The notes below the pieces were generated by a model. The model saw only the letters and a list, made by a program, of their open reading frames with translations. It was not told the DNA's origin and did not search any database. Positions 46,104-59,654 of a stretch of DNA of 64,000 nucleotides are shown piece after piece (position 1 is the first letter of the stretch; the number at the start of each line of letters is the position of its first letter). Made by a program: the position numbers and the translations under genes. The stretch is from contig NW_003314371.1 of NCBI RefSeq assembly GCF_000143415.4, positions 327,380 to 391,379 on the forward strand. The letters run 5' to 3'. The stretch comes from Selaginella moellendorffii (taxonomy: Eukaryota; Plantae; Lycopodiophyta).

Positions 46104-46256
46104 AAGCTCTGCAAAAGTATATGGAACTTTAGATCATCAAAATAAACAAGCAAAGTTTTGGAGTTTACCTTGTGACCGTTTCCTCACTGATTCTTTCTCC
46201 CTTCCACTTGGCGAATCTTATAAATCCTCCTCTTCCTGTCCAAATGTCCAAAAAGA

Positions 46257-47196
46257 ATGGCGATGCTGCTCCTTCTCGCCATGCTACTCTCGCCACGACT
46301 CCTCGCGGCCAGCGCAGCGAGAGACCCCTACATCGCCGAGCTATTGTCTCCCTCGTCCACTTTCCTGCCGAGGATCGTCCTTGGCCACGCCATCTGCGAC
46401 ACCTGCTGGGAGATGTGAATCACCGCCAACTCGATGCCTCTTCCCATCCTGAGCTTTGCTCGATCTCCTCTTTTTCTTGTGTGATCTGTGCAGACGTTAC
46501 CGCAGCTGTCGAGTGCTTCGATGCTGGCGACCGGATCATCCTCCGAGAGACGAGTAGCACCCAACAAAACGGGAGCCTTCACGGTGGAGCTCCCGCTCCA
46601 GATCGCCTACTCGGTTAGCATGCTCCCAACATGTATGAGTCGAGTGGTGAGGGGGCCACTCAATCACTGGTTGCCGGATGGACGGCAAGTCTATGGAGTC
46701 GGGCCCTTCATGTTTCCTCACCGAGCAAAGCTCCCGCATTGCAATGGCGATCACTGGCAGCAGCAAGCCGACGCAATCCTCAATCTCTTCGCCTTCGTCG
46801 TCAGTTTTCCCTCGACTGCTACTGCTCTTTCCGAACCATCGTCTACATGGAGCGCTTCCAACACTGGAAGCGGTGGTCTCCAGGTCAACCTCTCCCTCCA
46901 AATCAGCACTTCCTCGTGTCTTCTCCCAGTTCTTGCAGCAACTTTTCCCCGTCCACTTCGTCATCTCCATCTCCGGGAATTCCAACCTTCCCATTTTCAC
47001 TATTTCCGTTCCAGACTATTCCACTCCCTTCACCATTCCTTTCCCAAACGTTCCCAGCATTTCTTTCCCAAGCGTTCCCATTCCTACGAGCAATTTTTTC
47101 CCAAGCGTTCCCATTCCTACGAGCATTCCTTTCCGGAAGATTCCCCCAATAACCATCGGTCCGACCACTCCAAGTACACCAGCCTTGATGTTGTGA
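46257..47196 (+). pseudogene. Ole e 1/proline-rich gene 2, copy A (pseudogene)
   Basis: Premature TGA at 46416-46418 (CAA in copy B), lost splice donor, deletions and frameshifts relative to 56398-57513. Confidence 0.85.
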
Positions 47197-47272
47197 AAAG
47201 TTAGTGACTGATCGGGATTGTCCAATACTTACAGGATCTGTATTTCAGCAAACCCCTTTCCCTGATCGATGA

Positions 47273-50200
47273 TCACAAAGCCTTGTACTGCTCGATCAAC
47301 TTCGACGCATGAAGACGTGAAGATGGATTCACAGTGCAACCGAAGCTCCGAAGAAACGCAATCTACAATCAGGGTTTTAGAGGGTCTATCGGTGCATATC
47401 CACAACCTGTTTAGCTGTTGCTGGAACGGAGCCCATTGTACGCTCAGAACATTTTTGCTGGAAGTACTCCTGGAGAGGCGCCTTATCAGACGAGTAAAAT
47501 AAAATAATGTGAGAACAAACCTGTCGTTCAGCCATGTGTACTGAGCGCTCATGTGCAGGAAGTTTTTCCCACTTGACAATCTTATACAAATACAAACCGA
47601 AACAGCTTGATATACGTATTTCCGGCCAGTAAAACTTACCTGGTCGGCGTACGCAAATGCTGCATCATCTGTCAATGAACGTTTCAACGCGTGCAATGTA
47701 TCCTGGGTAAATTACGAAATAAAAGTTGATAAAGCGTATTTCTATGAATATAAAGACCTTATTCTTCGCAGTTTTTGATCGCAGCCGCTCGTCTATAGCC
47801 AAACCAACCTACAATTAAAATGACCACCATCACAAAAGCGTGTAAAATTGGTCTTACTTTCATGAGCAGACGTTTTGGATCTTGAAAAGCGGACTTCTTA
47901 GCCCATTGATGAAATATAGATGCGATGGTAGACCTGGCTTCGATATTGAAACTACAAAAACAGCTTCGTTAGTTGCACAAAATTGATCTATCAATATTTT
48001 CACCTTCTCAAAAACGCGGACGAATCCGTTAACGCGTTCTCGTCCAAAACATCCTTGCTAGACGAGTTACACACTAAGCCTGGAGGTTGCAATACCTTAA
48101 ATTTACCAGGACAGTCAGATAACCCCTGAAAAAAATCTATGAGAACAATGGCAAGCACAAGCAGGACCTTGCCTCGAACTGCAAATGCTGTCGCGGCAAT
48201 TCACTTAAGAATCGCGATGGCTGCAAGATCTGAAAGAACAGCATCAGAAAACATTGAAAGTAAATGTGTTACAGACCTGTCTTTGTGGGTTAACCACTAT
48301 ATATACTATATACAATTTCTTCCTTGCGCGAGTCATTGCAACGTAAAACAATCTCCTCTCTTCCTGTAACGGAATGCCAATTAATCTACAAAGACTTCTT
48401 AGAAGAAATAGCCATACCTCCAAAGATGAAGACTCGTGAAGCAGTGGCGTTTCCAACTCGTTGGCCTAGAAAGATGAAATCAAAGCTAGCAAGAAGAGGG
48501 CAATCTTACCTTCACAATGAAGACGCTGTCCCACTCCAGTCCCTTCGACTGCAAATACAGAGAAAATGCTAAAAGAAACATATAAAGACGATAGGCTCAC
48601 ACCTGATGCATTGTTGTCAACGTTACTGAATTATGATTTTCTTCTCGGCGAGTTCGAAAGTTCTCGGTCTCTCGAACAGTTATATGGTCCAGAAAATCTT
48701 TAAGAAGCACTGAGCATCCCAGCTGCCGAGAATTTGGTTTCACTTCCTCTTGAAGCCTAATATGCTTACACAGAAATTCCGAAACATCATCCAAAAGATA
48801 GTCCAACACCTGGAGTCCAACACAAGTTAGACATATTTTAAAGAAGAATGTTTGCTCACAGTCCGACAATCTTCATCCTCGTTCAAGAGCTTTCCCCCCG
48901 ATTCATCCACGATTGCACGAGATTCAAAAGCGCGTCTCTGCATAACAGGATAAGCATCTTGTTGAGAAACTTACTCTTACCTGAGGTAGCATATTCAATA
49001 CAGCGGTCACTAGGCTCGACAAAGATTGTTCCTGGTTCAAAATGCAATTCATCGTAAAAATCAGATTGCCAGGGACTGCAAACCTTGGCAGCCAAGCGTT
49101 TCACCATCTCCACGGTAGTCAGTACTTTCCGGCCTTGGCTAAGTTGGCGCCTGAAAAAGAAAAGAAAAATGTTTTGCACGCATTTATAATGCTTATGCAA
49201 GACCTGCTAAAGGTACCCGAAACTTTTGCCGTAAAAATAATCTCTGCTGCTTCAAGAAAACTACAATTTTCATTTTTTCCGTACTTTTCCACGTACTCCA
49301 CTGCCTGAAAAATCCCAATGTCTGTATAAGATAGAAAACAGATATCATACCTTCTTTGTTTCCGTTTTATCACCACCATATAACGCCTTAAATACTCTTC
49401 TTTCAAACACGGTCCCACTTCTTCCTAAGGATGTCCACAATAAAGCAATCACGTCTTTCACAACCTACAATATGCCATGAAAGTCAGCCAACTAGAAAAG
49501 AAAAACGAGCATGGAACCTTCTTGCGGTAGACTGCTACTCCATGCATATTGAACGGAATCTTTCGACTACGGAAAGCAGATTGAAATATTTTGCCTGTGA
49601 CCTGCAAGCGAAAATGACGACAGAGAAAATAAATCAAATACACACCTGTCGTCTGTAGAGTATAGCAAAGTTTGCAAACACCGGCTTGATGTCACTGGCC
49701 ATTGAAGCCTTTTCCAGGATTTCATCGACCACAAATGCGCACTGTGCTTCTTCATTTCGGCACTCCATAACAACTATCTGGTAAACCAAAAATAGTCGGT
49801 AAAATATGTTCTGAATTCCTGATACCTTTTCTCCAAAATCGTTATCCGTTCGCACAACTTTAGCGCTGCAGCCTGAATCATTATTTTGAATGACACATCT
49901 CGCTGCTTCTACAATACAGCCAGTGGAGCGATAATTTTGGTGTAGTCTCACCTAAGCACGCAGACAACAAATCACATGACTACGTTATTTATTTCAGCTT
50001 TTTAGACCTCTTTGTGGTTTGGAAAGTCATTCCGGAATGTGGAAAAACCGAGAGAGTTGGCACCATTGAAGCTGAAAATGGACTAGCAAAAGAAAATATT
50101 AGCAGAACGTAGAGATGTCTTACTTGATCATCGTCCCCAACCACAGTGACCCTCCCGTGCAGAGAAAGAAGCCGCAAAAGCTTGTACTGCATCACACTCG

Positions 50201-51603
50201 TATCTTGGAACTCGTCAACGAGTACATATGCCCAAGTGTTGTGACATTCCGCTGACACTGTCAAAAAAGGGTGTGAAAACGCATTGCAGTACACTGCACG
50301 CTTTTACCATCAGGGTGATCAGTTAAAAGCTTTACAGCAAATCCAATGAAGTCATGGTAGTCCAGCGAATTGCAGGATGCCAGTATTCTTTCGTAATGCC
50401 TCAGAATATCCGCCTGCACGGGTTTCGCTAGTAACAAGTTGTCCAAACATAGAGACAAACAAGAAATACCCCAAGATGATTTCCTGATTTCTCAATCTGC
50501 TCAGAATCCTGTCCAGAAGCTTTTGCCTGCGACAAAATTCTTAGGCTCCGACATGTCATTATAATTTTCGACACAACCTGCGTTACGAACCGCTGCCATT
50601 TTTTCGCCCGTTCTCTCCACACTTCGGGTTTCTGAGCGTCACAGCTTTCTGTTGCTTCCAAAGCTAACCGTGTTGCCTCAATCACGGCCTTCCTTTGCTG
50701 GCTAGCTCCATAAACTAGAAACTCAGACGTCCTGTTCAACCTGCAAATCTACTGCTTAGCAAGCAGCATGACACAGGGACAGCTTACTTCTCCGCATGAG
50801 AGCGACAGAGTTGCAAGCAAAAGGAATGAAACGTCGAGATCATAAGTTCCTTGGACGCCTCCTTCCCCACCACAGCAGCGACGCGGTCCATCATCTCCGT
50901 TGCAGCAGCTGTCGTGAAGGTCATTCCTAGAATGTTCTTGGAGTCTACCCCCTGTGCCGAACCCTTGAGCTTTTTAACAAAAAAAACAAAGAGAGGACTG
51001 CATACCTCGTTTAACAATGTCAGAATACGTGCGACCATTGTAGAGGTCTGATAAACGAATCGAAGTAGTCAGAAAAAACTAGCAATGAAAAAAAAAGTGT
51101 GTACCTTTCCACTTCCCGGCCCGGCAACAATCAGAAGTGGCTTACCAATGCTGCTCAGCGCTGCATCCCTTTGGGACACATTGAGCTTCCGGAGATACGT
51201 TGGCATGTCCGCTGCAGAACCTCCATCGCGAGCGTCTTCATTCCTCTTGCTACAAAGCCTATCAATCTCCTCGAAAGCGTCCTCATCAAAATCGTCGAAG
51301 TCCTCAAACGCCCCCAATGAAGTACGGGGACCAACAGTGGATACTTCTGCTTTCCCTCCACCCACAGCAGCATTCACATCCACATCCGCGAGAGGCGGCC
51401 TCACCCCGCATACCTTCTTCCTGTCAGGGCTCTTCCTGCCACGATCTCTCACCACATTTTTCCGAGAGCAAAAGCATCAATCGATACCTCTGGTCCAAAG
51501 GAGCGCCTGCGCCGACGGATTTCCGAGCCAGCCGCGCCTTGGCAGCGCGATGGCTGGCCAGAATCCGTGCTCGCTGCTCCTCGCTGAGCACGCATCCCTG
51601 CAT
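47273..51603 (-). CDS. SRS2: SRS2-like UvrD/REP ATP-dependent DNA helicase, many exons
   Basis: [56 protein letters not shown] and C-terminal [14 protein letters not shown]. Confidence 0.92.
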
Positions 51604-51915
51604 TTCAAAACCCTAGAGCGGGAAAAACCTCCAAGGGTGTTTTGCTAAAACACTGTGGGAGACCCATAAACCCTAAAAGTAGAAAAGAGGAGAGCAATCA
51701 TGGCTTCTGCTTGAAGCAACGGATCTTTGAAAGGTAAGAAATTGCATTCTCGATTGACACAGTGATCTTCTCGAATTTTTACGTGCTACATATGAAATTT
51801 TTCCAAGTGGTATAATTCTAATCTTGCAAGTGGAGTGGAGTCTTGACCACGACGCCTGTGCACATAGGAATCGCTCCTTTCCAAATTTCAACAGGGAAAG
51901 AGGCATCGATTCCGA

Positions 51916-52338
51916 TCAATCCAGGGACCAGATGAAAGCCCCAATTGCATACTGGCGCTTGGCTTCCAGGCCTCCCATGCTCCGCGCCGGCAGCCCATAC
52001 TCCTCGAGCAGCCGATCCAGCAGCCACTCCGGCATCTGCTCGTACTCTGCCTTGGTGTACCTCGGGTAGTGAAGCGGCATCCGGAACTCGTATGGCACCG
52101 ATGGATTGTGGAGCGAGATCGCCGAGTAGGGGCACCGCTCCTTCGTCGCCCTGATCGACTCCCGATCCTTGTGCAAATTTGCCTGAGAGGATGGCGATGG
52201 CGATCCATTGAGAGAAGCAGACCTGCCGCATCGAACGATCTGCCTCAGCCTCGCGAAGGACGAAGATCGCCGGAGCTGGAAGCCCTCGGGCGGCGAGCCT
52301 CCTCCTCCAGCGCTCACGGAGCCCAGCAGCATCACCAT
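51916..52338 (-). CDS. Small conserved plant protein with F(R/Q)MPLHYPRY...YxxMPEW...AIGAFIW domain (unknown function), copy A
   Basis: Intact 140-aa ORF; the motif is typical of a land-plant uncharacterised family. Confidence 0.85.
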   Translation of the reverse strand: MVMLLGSVSAGGGGSPPEGFQLRRSSSFARLRQIVRCGRSASLNGSPSPSSQANLHKDRESIRATKERCPYSAISLHNPSVPYEFRMPLHYPRYTKAEYEQMPEWLLDRLLEEYGLPARSMGGLEAKRQYAIGAFIWSLD

Positions 52339-52967
52339 ACCTTGGATCTGCAGTGCGCGGGGCAGTGGGGTTTTAAATCGGAAAAGATGCGGTCGAATAT
52401 TCTCTTGACTGGGAGTTACGCGCGAATGCAGGGAGAATCTGTGTCCCCACTTTAGGAAGCCAACTAGACTCTTCTACCACCACAGCAGAAACACTCACTC
52501 ATTTCTAGAATAAAATTTCGTCGTGGATGATGGGATTCCTGGTCAGAAACAATGCGAAATTCATGGGTTTTTGTCGCGAGAGAGAGGAGATTTTGGCCGG
52601 CTTGGATTGCATCAATCTGGTCCTCGCATCCCAGGCTCCAAAACGAGAGCGGAATTCGAACGACCGAGAAGACTGGCGTCTCACCCTTAATCGATTGCAT
52701 ATAAGATCGTCGCGAGTCCCTCCAAAACCACTGGTTTTGTCTCGATCGTGAAGCTAGGCTGTCATATGAAACACCACGCACCTCCACAAGCGGCGGCAAA
52801 TCCACGTCCGTGTTCGTCCGGGAGTGGCCGCCACCCTCTCACGAGCGCCACACAAGCCCAAGACTTATGTAAAATCTTTTGGCCCTGTCTCTGGCCGGCC
52901 CTCTCTGGGCTCTCCACATTTCTCTCCACAGCCCCGACTCTCCCCTCGCGAGAATCACACAAACACA

Positions 52968-53287
52968 ATGCCTGTCTATGCCACGAGGATCATCACCACC
53001 ACGCGTTTCCCGCCTCCTGACTCTCCGCCACCAAGGAGGTGTCCGAGCCGGATAGATTGTTCCATCTTTTCGACAAGGAGGAGGAGCGAGAGAAGGAGAT
53101 GGCGTCATCATTCTGCCACCCGTACTCGGCGGTGACCAAGAACCCGGCGGTGCCGTACGTGTTCCTAGATGCCACGCCACTACAAGAGGTACACCAAGGC
53201 CGAGTACGAGGCCGCTTGTTCGCGCTCCTCACGGGAACTCTCCGTGACAAGCGGGACTACGCGATTGGCGCGTTTCTCTGGAAGTGA
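52968..53287 (+). pseudogene. MPLHYPRY-family paralog, frameshifted (copy A of the gene at 63645)
   Basis: PYSAVTKNPAVPYVF, then frameshifts and a deletion of MPEW, ending KRDYAIGAFLWK*. Confidence 0.8.
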
Positions 53288-53504
53288 GATCGATCATGAT
53301 CGAGTTCTTCCAAGGTTGTGGGAGAGAGATCTTAGAGCTGCGAGAAGTTTCAGGAATTTGAGCACCCACAAAACATGGTGAACATCGGTTTGTGTCTTAG
53401 CTCTTGTATAAACTGTATGTCAATCTGGAAGTTCGCTACCACTCAAAATGGAGGACGCAAGTCAACACAAGGAAAGAACACATCCCCCTTCCCTCTAGTT
53501 GCTC

Positions 53505-53700
53505 TGAACGCCAGATGAAGGTGCCCATGGCGTACCGCCTCTTCCAGCTGATTGCTCCGCCCTAGTAGATCCACCATCACGGTGTAATGCTCCGGAGCCC
53601 ATACTCCTCGAGCAGCCGATCGACCACTCGGGCATGGTGGCGTTCTGCTGCTTGCTAAAGATTGGAGTGGCATCTGGAACTCATAGGATGACGAATAGGA
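53505..53700 (-). pseudogene. MPLHYPRY-family fragment containing a PPR-like snippet
   Basis: YEFQMPL...MPEW...LLEEYGL...KRRYAMGTFIW, with frameshifts. Confidence 0.65.
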
Positions 53701-55263
53701 GGCAAACGTTTGTGTATTTCAATTGAGTGGGCCATTGAAGCCGAAGGACGTAGAATCGACCATCCTCGATGTAGGAGAAGGACACTGCACTATCTGCTCA
53801 AAAGTTGATCCGGGACTCAACCACAACGCGTCTACGTCGATCCGTGGCGAAACACTGGAACAGATAGTCGAGTCCGGCGTACGATCCGAGAGCTGTCGTG
53901 CCCACCATCGTCGAGTATCCCGAGCTCCACACCAACTTCGGGAGAATCAACGCCAAGCTGCCCTTGTTTCGTGGTGACCATCCAAGCAGCTGCCCTTGGC
54001 CCGGAATCTTTCGAACGCACGGCCTGGGATGTGCAAGAGTTTGGTGTGCGTCTTCGTTTTGGGTCAGTTGCTGCTCCTCGAGCTAAACCAAAACCAAAGG
54101 ACTACTGCGAAGCTGTTACGCTTCGTGATGGTCCCGAAGTGACTCATCTCAGTCACTCTCCAGCCAACCAAGTGTACAAAGTGCAGTACTACACTCGCCA
54201 TAGTATGATCATGAAGATTGGAAATCACAAAAGAGTCATTCAACTTTGCATTGATTCCAGGTTCTGGCATCAGGTGCGTAAAGCAGCTTAAATCAGCTGC
54301 GCCGCTGGCCAACACGGAACAATCGTCTTGCAGGTTGAAACAGAGAAAACCGATGCTCTGGTTAGGGGAAGACGGCGCTACTCTCATCGCTTGACGGATC
54401 GCCATTGGGACAGGGATACGACTCCTGGGCAATGCCAGCGATGGACGCGCAGTTGCTGTGTAGGGACTTGACGCATGCTATGCTTGAGCTTTACGTAAGT
54501 TGATCTTCTTGGATGTTATAGCACCACGCCATCTCCTGTGCAGCGAGGTGCCAAAAGGTGGGGATTTTCTCTTGAGCTTGCTCAGCTTGCCTACCGTTGC
54601 TGACCGTGCATTGCTCTTGTTCTAATCCTATTTACGGGCATTGGATATTATTGTTTATCTATAATATACCCAGAAAACGAGGCAGAATCAAGGGCAGATG
54701 ATTTTGCTCAAGCTTGCAAAAAAGTGAGCCCCTTATAGTAGCAGGAGCACCTTCTAAGTAAAGATTGAATGAAGATTTTTGGTGTCAAAGTGGCCCCCCA
54801 AGCACTAGAAGTGAGGTAAAAGTCTTAGCACCACACGCATTCGAGAAAAAGAAGGAAGCTGAAAGGTATGATTATGGGGGTGTTTTTCGGTGACTATTGG
54901 GTTTTGGGAACGACAGATACGTGACGAATGGTGATGAAAGTAACACTATCAACGGCTCAGACACAATCAAGAAAATGGTGGAAAAAAAAGTCAGGACTAT
55001 TATGTACAAGTCGCCGCTGCTACATGAAACTTTTCTCCACTTCCATTTTGCGTGTGTTTCTTGACAACACATTCAACTTTAAAGGAGGACGAGGAGGGAG
55101 GAGTTTCCAAGTCTTTCCAGGAAAGGTTTCCTGAGCTTACACACAGCTGACGGGAGCAAAGCGTCACGTTTCGAAGGACTTGCCTATAAATTGCGGCGAG
55201 GGGGAGAGATCATCCATCCATCCAGCTTCAATCTTCTCGAAAACGAGCAAATCCGAGAAGAAA

Positions 55264-56245
55264 ATGGCCGCGTTTTACAAGCTCGCGATTCTTGTTCTTC
55301 TTGCTTGTCTCGACGCCACTGCTGATGCGAGGAAATGGAGTCCCAAGAAGCCACCGGCGGTTCCCCCAACGGTATTTGGCGCCATCTTTTGCGACCGATG
55401 CATGGACAAGACCTTCTCGTTCGCAACCATCGCCATTCCAAGTAAGTATCTAGTGTGTTCTTCCAAGAAGTTTGGATACTTAACGCTCTCGCTTGATCAC
55501 CAAAGACGTGACCGCGATCATCCGGTGCGGTGACTTCCAGGCATCCAACACCACCTCCGAGTTTGGCGTCTTCACCATCGCGCTGCCGCTAGAGGTGGGC
55601 ACCTCTCCCGCGAAGCTGGCGTCTTGCTCTGTCAAGGTGGCCAGCGATTTCTCCAGAGTCGAGGGCGATCTCGGCACTTGCAACACTCCCGTCAAGTTCC
55701 AGTCCTACCCTTGGAGCCCGCCATCGCCAGCAACCCCGGCATTCCAGTCGTCGCTCAAAATTGCCCGTCCATGGCCCTTCTACAGCGCTGGGCCTTTCTT
55801 CTTCCAGCCGCCGGAACCTCTTCCATCCTGCAACGAGAATCCTTTCCGCCATCCAAAACCAGCACTAGCCGATGACCAGGGCTCGAGCGCGGCTCCCCCT
55901 CCACACCCTGCTTTTCCAGGATTTGAAAACTTCCCACCATTCTTTCCTGGAGCAATTCCTCCGGTAGATCACTCCACTGCCAACAAGGCGGCTCCTCCAC
56001 ACCCGGTTTTCGGATATCCACCATTCGCATTTCCTCCTCCAAGCCCGAAACCAGAACCACACGGCTCTAACAAGGCGGCTCCTCCTCCACACTCGACTCC
56101 ATTCCCAGGATCTGCGTGGTTTCCAGGAGCATTCCCTCCACATCCAAGCTCCAGCAAACCCGGGAGCGCTCCGCCAAAGCATGGATCGCCCTCCGCTCAA
56201 GCACCGCCACCTTTTCACGGAACCAAGAAGCATCATCACCAATAA
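55264..56245 (+). CDS. Pollen Ole e 1/proline-rich protein gene 1, copy B
   Basis: Near-identical N-terminus and intron to 44950-46103 with fewer Pro-rich repeats; TATAAAT at 55185. Confidence 0.88.
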
Positions 56246-56397
56246 AAGCTCTGCATTTAGAACTATGGACATCAAAGAAAAGCAAAGTTTTGGAGTTACC
56301 TAGTGACCGTTCCTCAATTCCAGGCACTGATTCTTTCTTCCTTCCACTTAGCGAATCTACAAATAAATCCTCCTCTTTTTGTCCAAATGTCAAAAAA

Positions 56398-57513
56398 ATG
56401 GCGATGCTGCTACTTCTTGCCATGCTGCTCTCGCCACAACTCCTCGCCAGCGCCGGGAGAAACCTCTACACCGCCGAGCTATCGTCTCCCTCTTCCACTT
56501 TCCTGCCCAGGCTCGTCCTTGGCTACGCCATCTGCGACACCTGCTGGGAGATGCAAATCACCTCCAACTCCATCTCTCTTCCGAGTACGTGCCTCTCTAG
56601 ATCTCCTCTTTTCCATCCTTGTGTGATCTGTGCAGACGTTACCGCGGCTGTCGAGTGCTTCGATGCCGGCGGCCGGATCATCTTCAGAGAGACAAGCAGC
56701 ACCGACAAAACGGGAGCCTTCAGGGTGGAGCTCCCGTTCCAGATCGCCGACTCGGTCAGCATGCTCTCGACATGCACGAGCCGAGTTGTGAGGGGGCCGC
56801 TCAATCACCTCTGCACGTATCCCTTGGCCCACGCTTACAACCCCTTCCTGTCTCTACGCTCGTTGCCAGATGGACGGCAAGTCTATGGAGTCGGGCCCTT
56901 CGTGTTTCGTCCCCGAGCAAAGCTCCCGCATTGCAGTGGCGATCGCAGGCAGCAGCAGCCGCAGCTTGTCAGTAGAGCAGTTTCATTGCAGCCGCAGACG
57001 CAATCGTCAATCTCATCGCCTTCCTCGTCAGTTTTCCAGTCACCTTCCTCGACTGCTACTACTCTTTCCAATCCATCGTCTGCATGGAGCGCTTCCAACA
57101 CTGGAAGCGGTGGTCTCCAGGTCAACCTCTCCCTGCAAATCAGCACTTCGTCGTCTTCTCCCAGTTCTTATATCAACTCTTCATCGTCCTGTCCATCCCC
57201 TTCGTCATCTCCATCTCCAGGACTTCCAACCTTCCCATTTCCACTGTTTCCATTCCCGACTATTCCCAGCATTCCCAGTATTCCTTTCCCGTACGTTCCA
57301 ACCATTCCTTTCCCAAGCGCTCCCAGTCCCACCAGTATTCCTTTTCCGACCATTCCTTTTCCGACCATTCCCCCAATAACCATCACTCCGGTACCAATTC
57401 CTACCACTCCACAAGCACCAGCTGCTTACCCGGCTCCATCGAAATCGCCATCGCCTCTATCATTTACTCCACCAAGTCCTGCTCCCTATCCTACACCGTC
57501 CCCGGCACGCTAG
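56398..57513 (+). CDS. Pollen Ole e 1/proline-rich protein gene 2, copy B (intact)
   Basis: Signal peptide, GYAICDTC, VTAAVEC, TGAFRVEL and a Ser/Pro-rich tail; 51-nt intron 56585-56635. Confidence 0.85.
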   Translation: MAMLLLLAMLLSPQLLASAGRNLYTAELSSPSSTFLPRLVLGYAICDTCWEMQITSNSISLPSTCLSRSPLFHPCVICADVTAAVECFDAGGRIIFRETSSTDKTGAFRVELPFQIADSVSMLSTCTSRVVRGPLNHLCTYPLAHAYNPFLSLRSLPDGRQVYGVGPFVFRPRAKLPHCSGDRRQQQPQLVSRAVSLQPQTQSSISSPSSSVFQSPSSTATTLSNPSSAWSASNTGSGGLQVNLSLQISTSSSSPSSYINSSSSCPSPSSSPSPGLPTFPFPLFPFPTIPSIPSIPFPYVPTIPFPSAPSPTSIPFPTIPFPTIPPITITPVPIPTTPQAPAAYPAPSKSPSPLSFTPPSPAPYPTPSPAR

Positions 57514-57629
57514 GACACCATCCTGGTTGGAGTTTTTGTACAGAAAAGTAAGATATACGTACACTGTAGGAAGGAACTGTATTTCAGAACCAGAGCGAAT
57601 GATTAAGTACGCCTTTCCTTGATCGATGA

Positions 57630-59590
57630 TCACAAAGCCTTGTACTGCTCGATCAACTTCGACGCATGAAGACGTGACGATTGTTTCACAGTGCAACCGA
57701 AAACAGAAAAAAAATACAAAAAGATACGACTTGATCTACGTAGTTTCGACCAATTAATCTCACCTGATCGGGGTACACTATCTGTCAATGAACGTTTCAA
57801 CGCGTGCAATGTATCCTGTGTAAATTGGGAAACACTTACAGTTAATAAAGCGTATTGCTACGAAAAATAACAGACCTTGTTCTTCGCAGTTTTTTATCGC
57901 AGCTGCTCGTCGATAGGTATACAATCAAACCTACAATTAAGATGGCCACCATCACAACAGCGAGTACAATTGTACTTACTTTAGTGAGCAGACGTTTTGG
58001 ATCTTGGAAAGCAGAATATAGACGCGATGGTAGACATTGAAACTAGAAAATCAGTTCGTCAGTTGCACAAAATTGCTCACATATTTTCACCTTCTAAAAC
58101 GCGGACCAATCCACTAACGCGCTCTCGTCCCTTCTAGACAAGTTAGACACGGAGCCTGGAGGTTGCAATAGCTTAACTTTGCCAGGACAGTCAGATATTC
58201 CCTGCAAAGAACCCGTAAAAACAATCGCAAGCACTGCCTGGAACTGCAAATGCTGACACGGCAATTCACTTAACAATCGCGATGGCTGCAAGATCTGCGA
58301 AAATAAAAGCATCTCAGAATAGATGTTTAAAAAAAATTCACGGACCTGTCTTTGTGAGTTTACCACTATATATACTATATACAATTTCTTCACAAGTCAT
58401 TGGAACGTAAAACAATCTCCTCTCTTCCTGTAACGGAATGGCAATTTAAATACAAAGTCCTATTGAAGAAATAGCGATACCTCAAAAGATGACGACTCGT
58501 GAAGCAGTGGCGTTTCCCAACTCGTTGGCCTAAAAAGGTGAAATCAAAGCTAGCAAGACGAGGCGAATCTTACCTTCAAAATGAACACGCTGTCTCACTC
58601 CAGTCCCTTCGACTACAAACGAGAGCACATGGTAAAAGCATATAAACCCAATAAGAAGCTAAAACCTGATGCATCGTTGTCAACGTTACTGAATTAGGAT
58701 TTCTTCTCGGCCGAGTTCGAAAGTTCTCGGTCTCTCCAACAGTTATATGTTCTAAGAAAGCTCTCAGAAGCACTGAGCATCCCGGCGGTCGAGATTTTTC
58801 TTTCACTTCCTCTTGGATCCTAAGGTGCTTACTCAGAAATTCCGAAACATCATCCAAAAGAGAGATGAAAATTTGCTCACAGTCCAACAATCTTCGTCCT
58901 AGTTCAAGAGCATTCCCCCCGATTCATCCACGACTGCACGAGCTCCAAAAGCCCGTCTCTGCAAAACAGGATAAGCATCTTGTTGAGAAACTTACTCTTA
59001 CCTGAGGTAGCATATTCAATACAGCAGTCACTAGGCTCGACAAAGATTGTTCTGGTTCAAAATACAATCGACAAAATCAGATTGCCAGGAACTACAAACC
59101 TTAAGCGTTTTACCATCTCCAATGCATACCTGTCAGAATACGTGCGTGATAATTGAATCGAAGTAGTCAGGAAAAACTAGCAATGAAAAAAAAAAAGGTG
59201 TGTACCTTTCCACTTCCCGGCTGGGCAACAATCAGAAGTAGCGCTGCATCCCTTTGGGACACATTGAGCTTCCGGAGATACGTTGGCATGTCTGCTGCAG
59301 AACCTCCATCGCGTCAAAGCCTATCAATCTCCTCGAAAGCGTCATCATCAAAATCGTCGAAAGAAACGGGACCAACTCCTCCTTTCCCTCCACACACAGC
59401 AGCATTCACATCCAGATCCGCGAGAGGCAGCCTCACCCCGCACACCTTCTTCCTCTCAGATCACTCACCACACTTTTTCGAGCACAAGCATCAATCGATA
59501 CCTCTGGTCCAAATGCGCACCGGCGCCGGCGGATTTCCGAGGCAGCCGCGCCTTGGCAGCGGGATGGCTGGCCCGCTGCTCCTCGCTGAG
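57630..59590 (-). pseudogene. SRS2 helicase pseudogene (copy 2)
   Basis: Intron-containing copy of 47273-51603 with large deletions, frameshifts and no start codon. Confidence 0.88.
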
Positions 59591-59654
59591 AGATGCTCCG
59601 ACTTGAGCTTTTTCCTCTTAAACTTTGTCATTCTGCCCTAGGCCTAAAGTTTCG

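Larger units (their letters stand above)
44270..53400. repeat. Segmental duplication unit A (ICME 3' end, two Ole e 1 genes, SRS2, MPLHYPRY pair)
   Basis: Colinear high similarity with 54650-64000, including intergenic DNA (e.g. GTCAAAGTGGCCCCC..AAGCACTAGAAGTGAGGTAAA at ~44404 and ~54784). Boundaries are approximate. Confidence 0.9.

Noticed and set aside
47229-47696. ORF-track end of SRS2 at 47229
   Set aside because: The spliced frame gives the conserved ending [14 protein letters not shown] with the stop at 47273-47275.
53720-54640. Possible degenerate kinase-like fragment (VYKVQY...IMKIG) at the junction between the duplication units
   Set aside because: No HRD/DFG-type motifs and many stops; the evidence is too weak to call.
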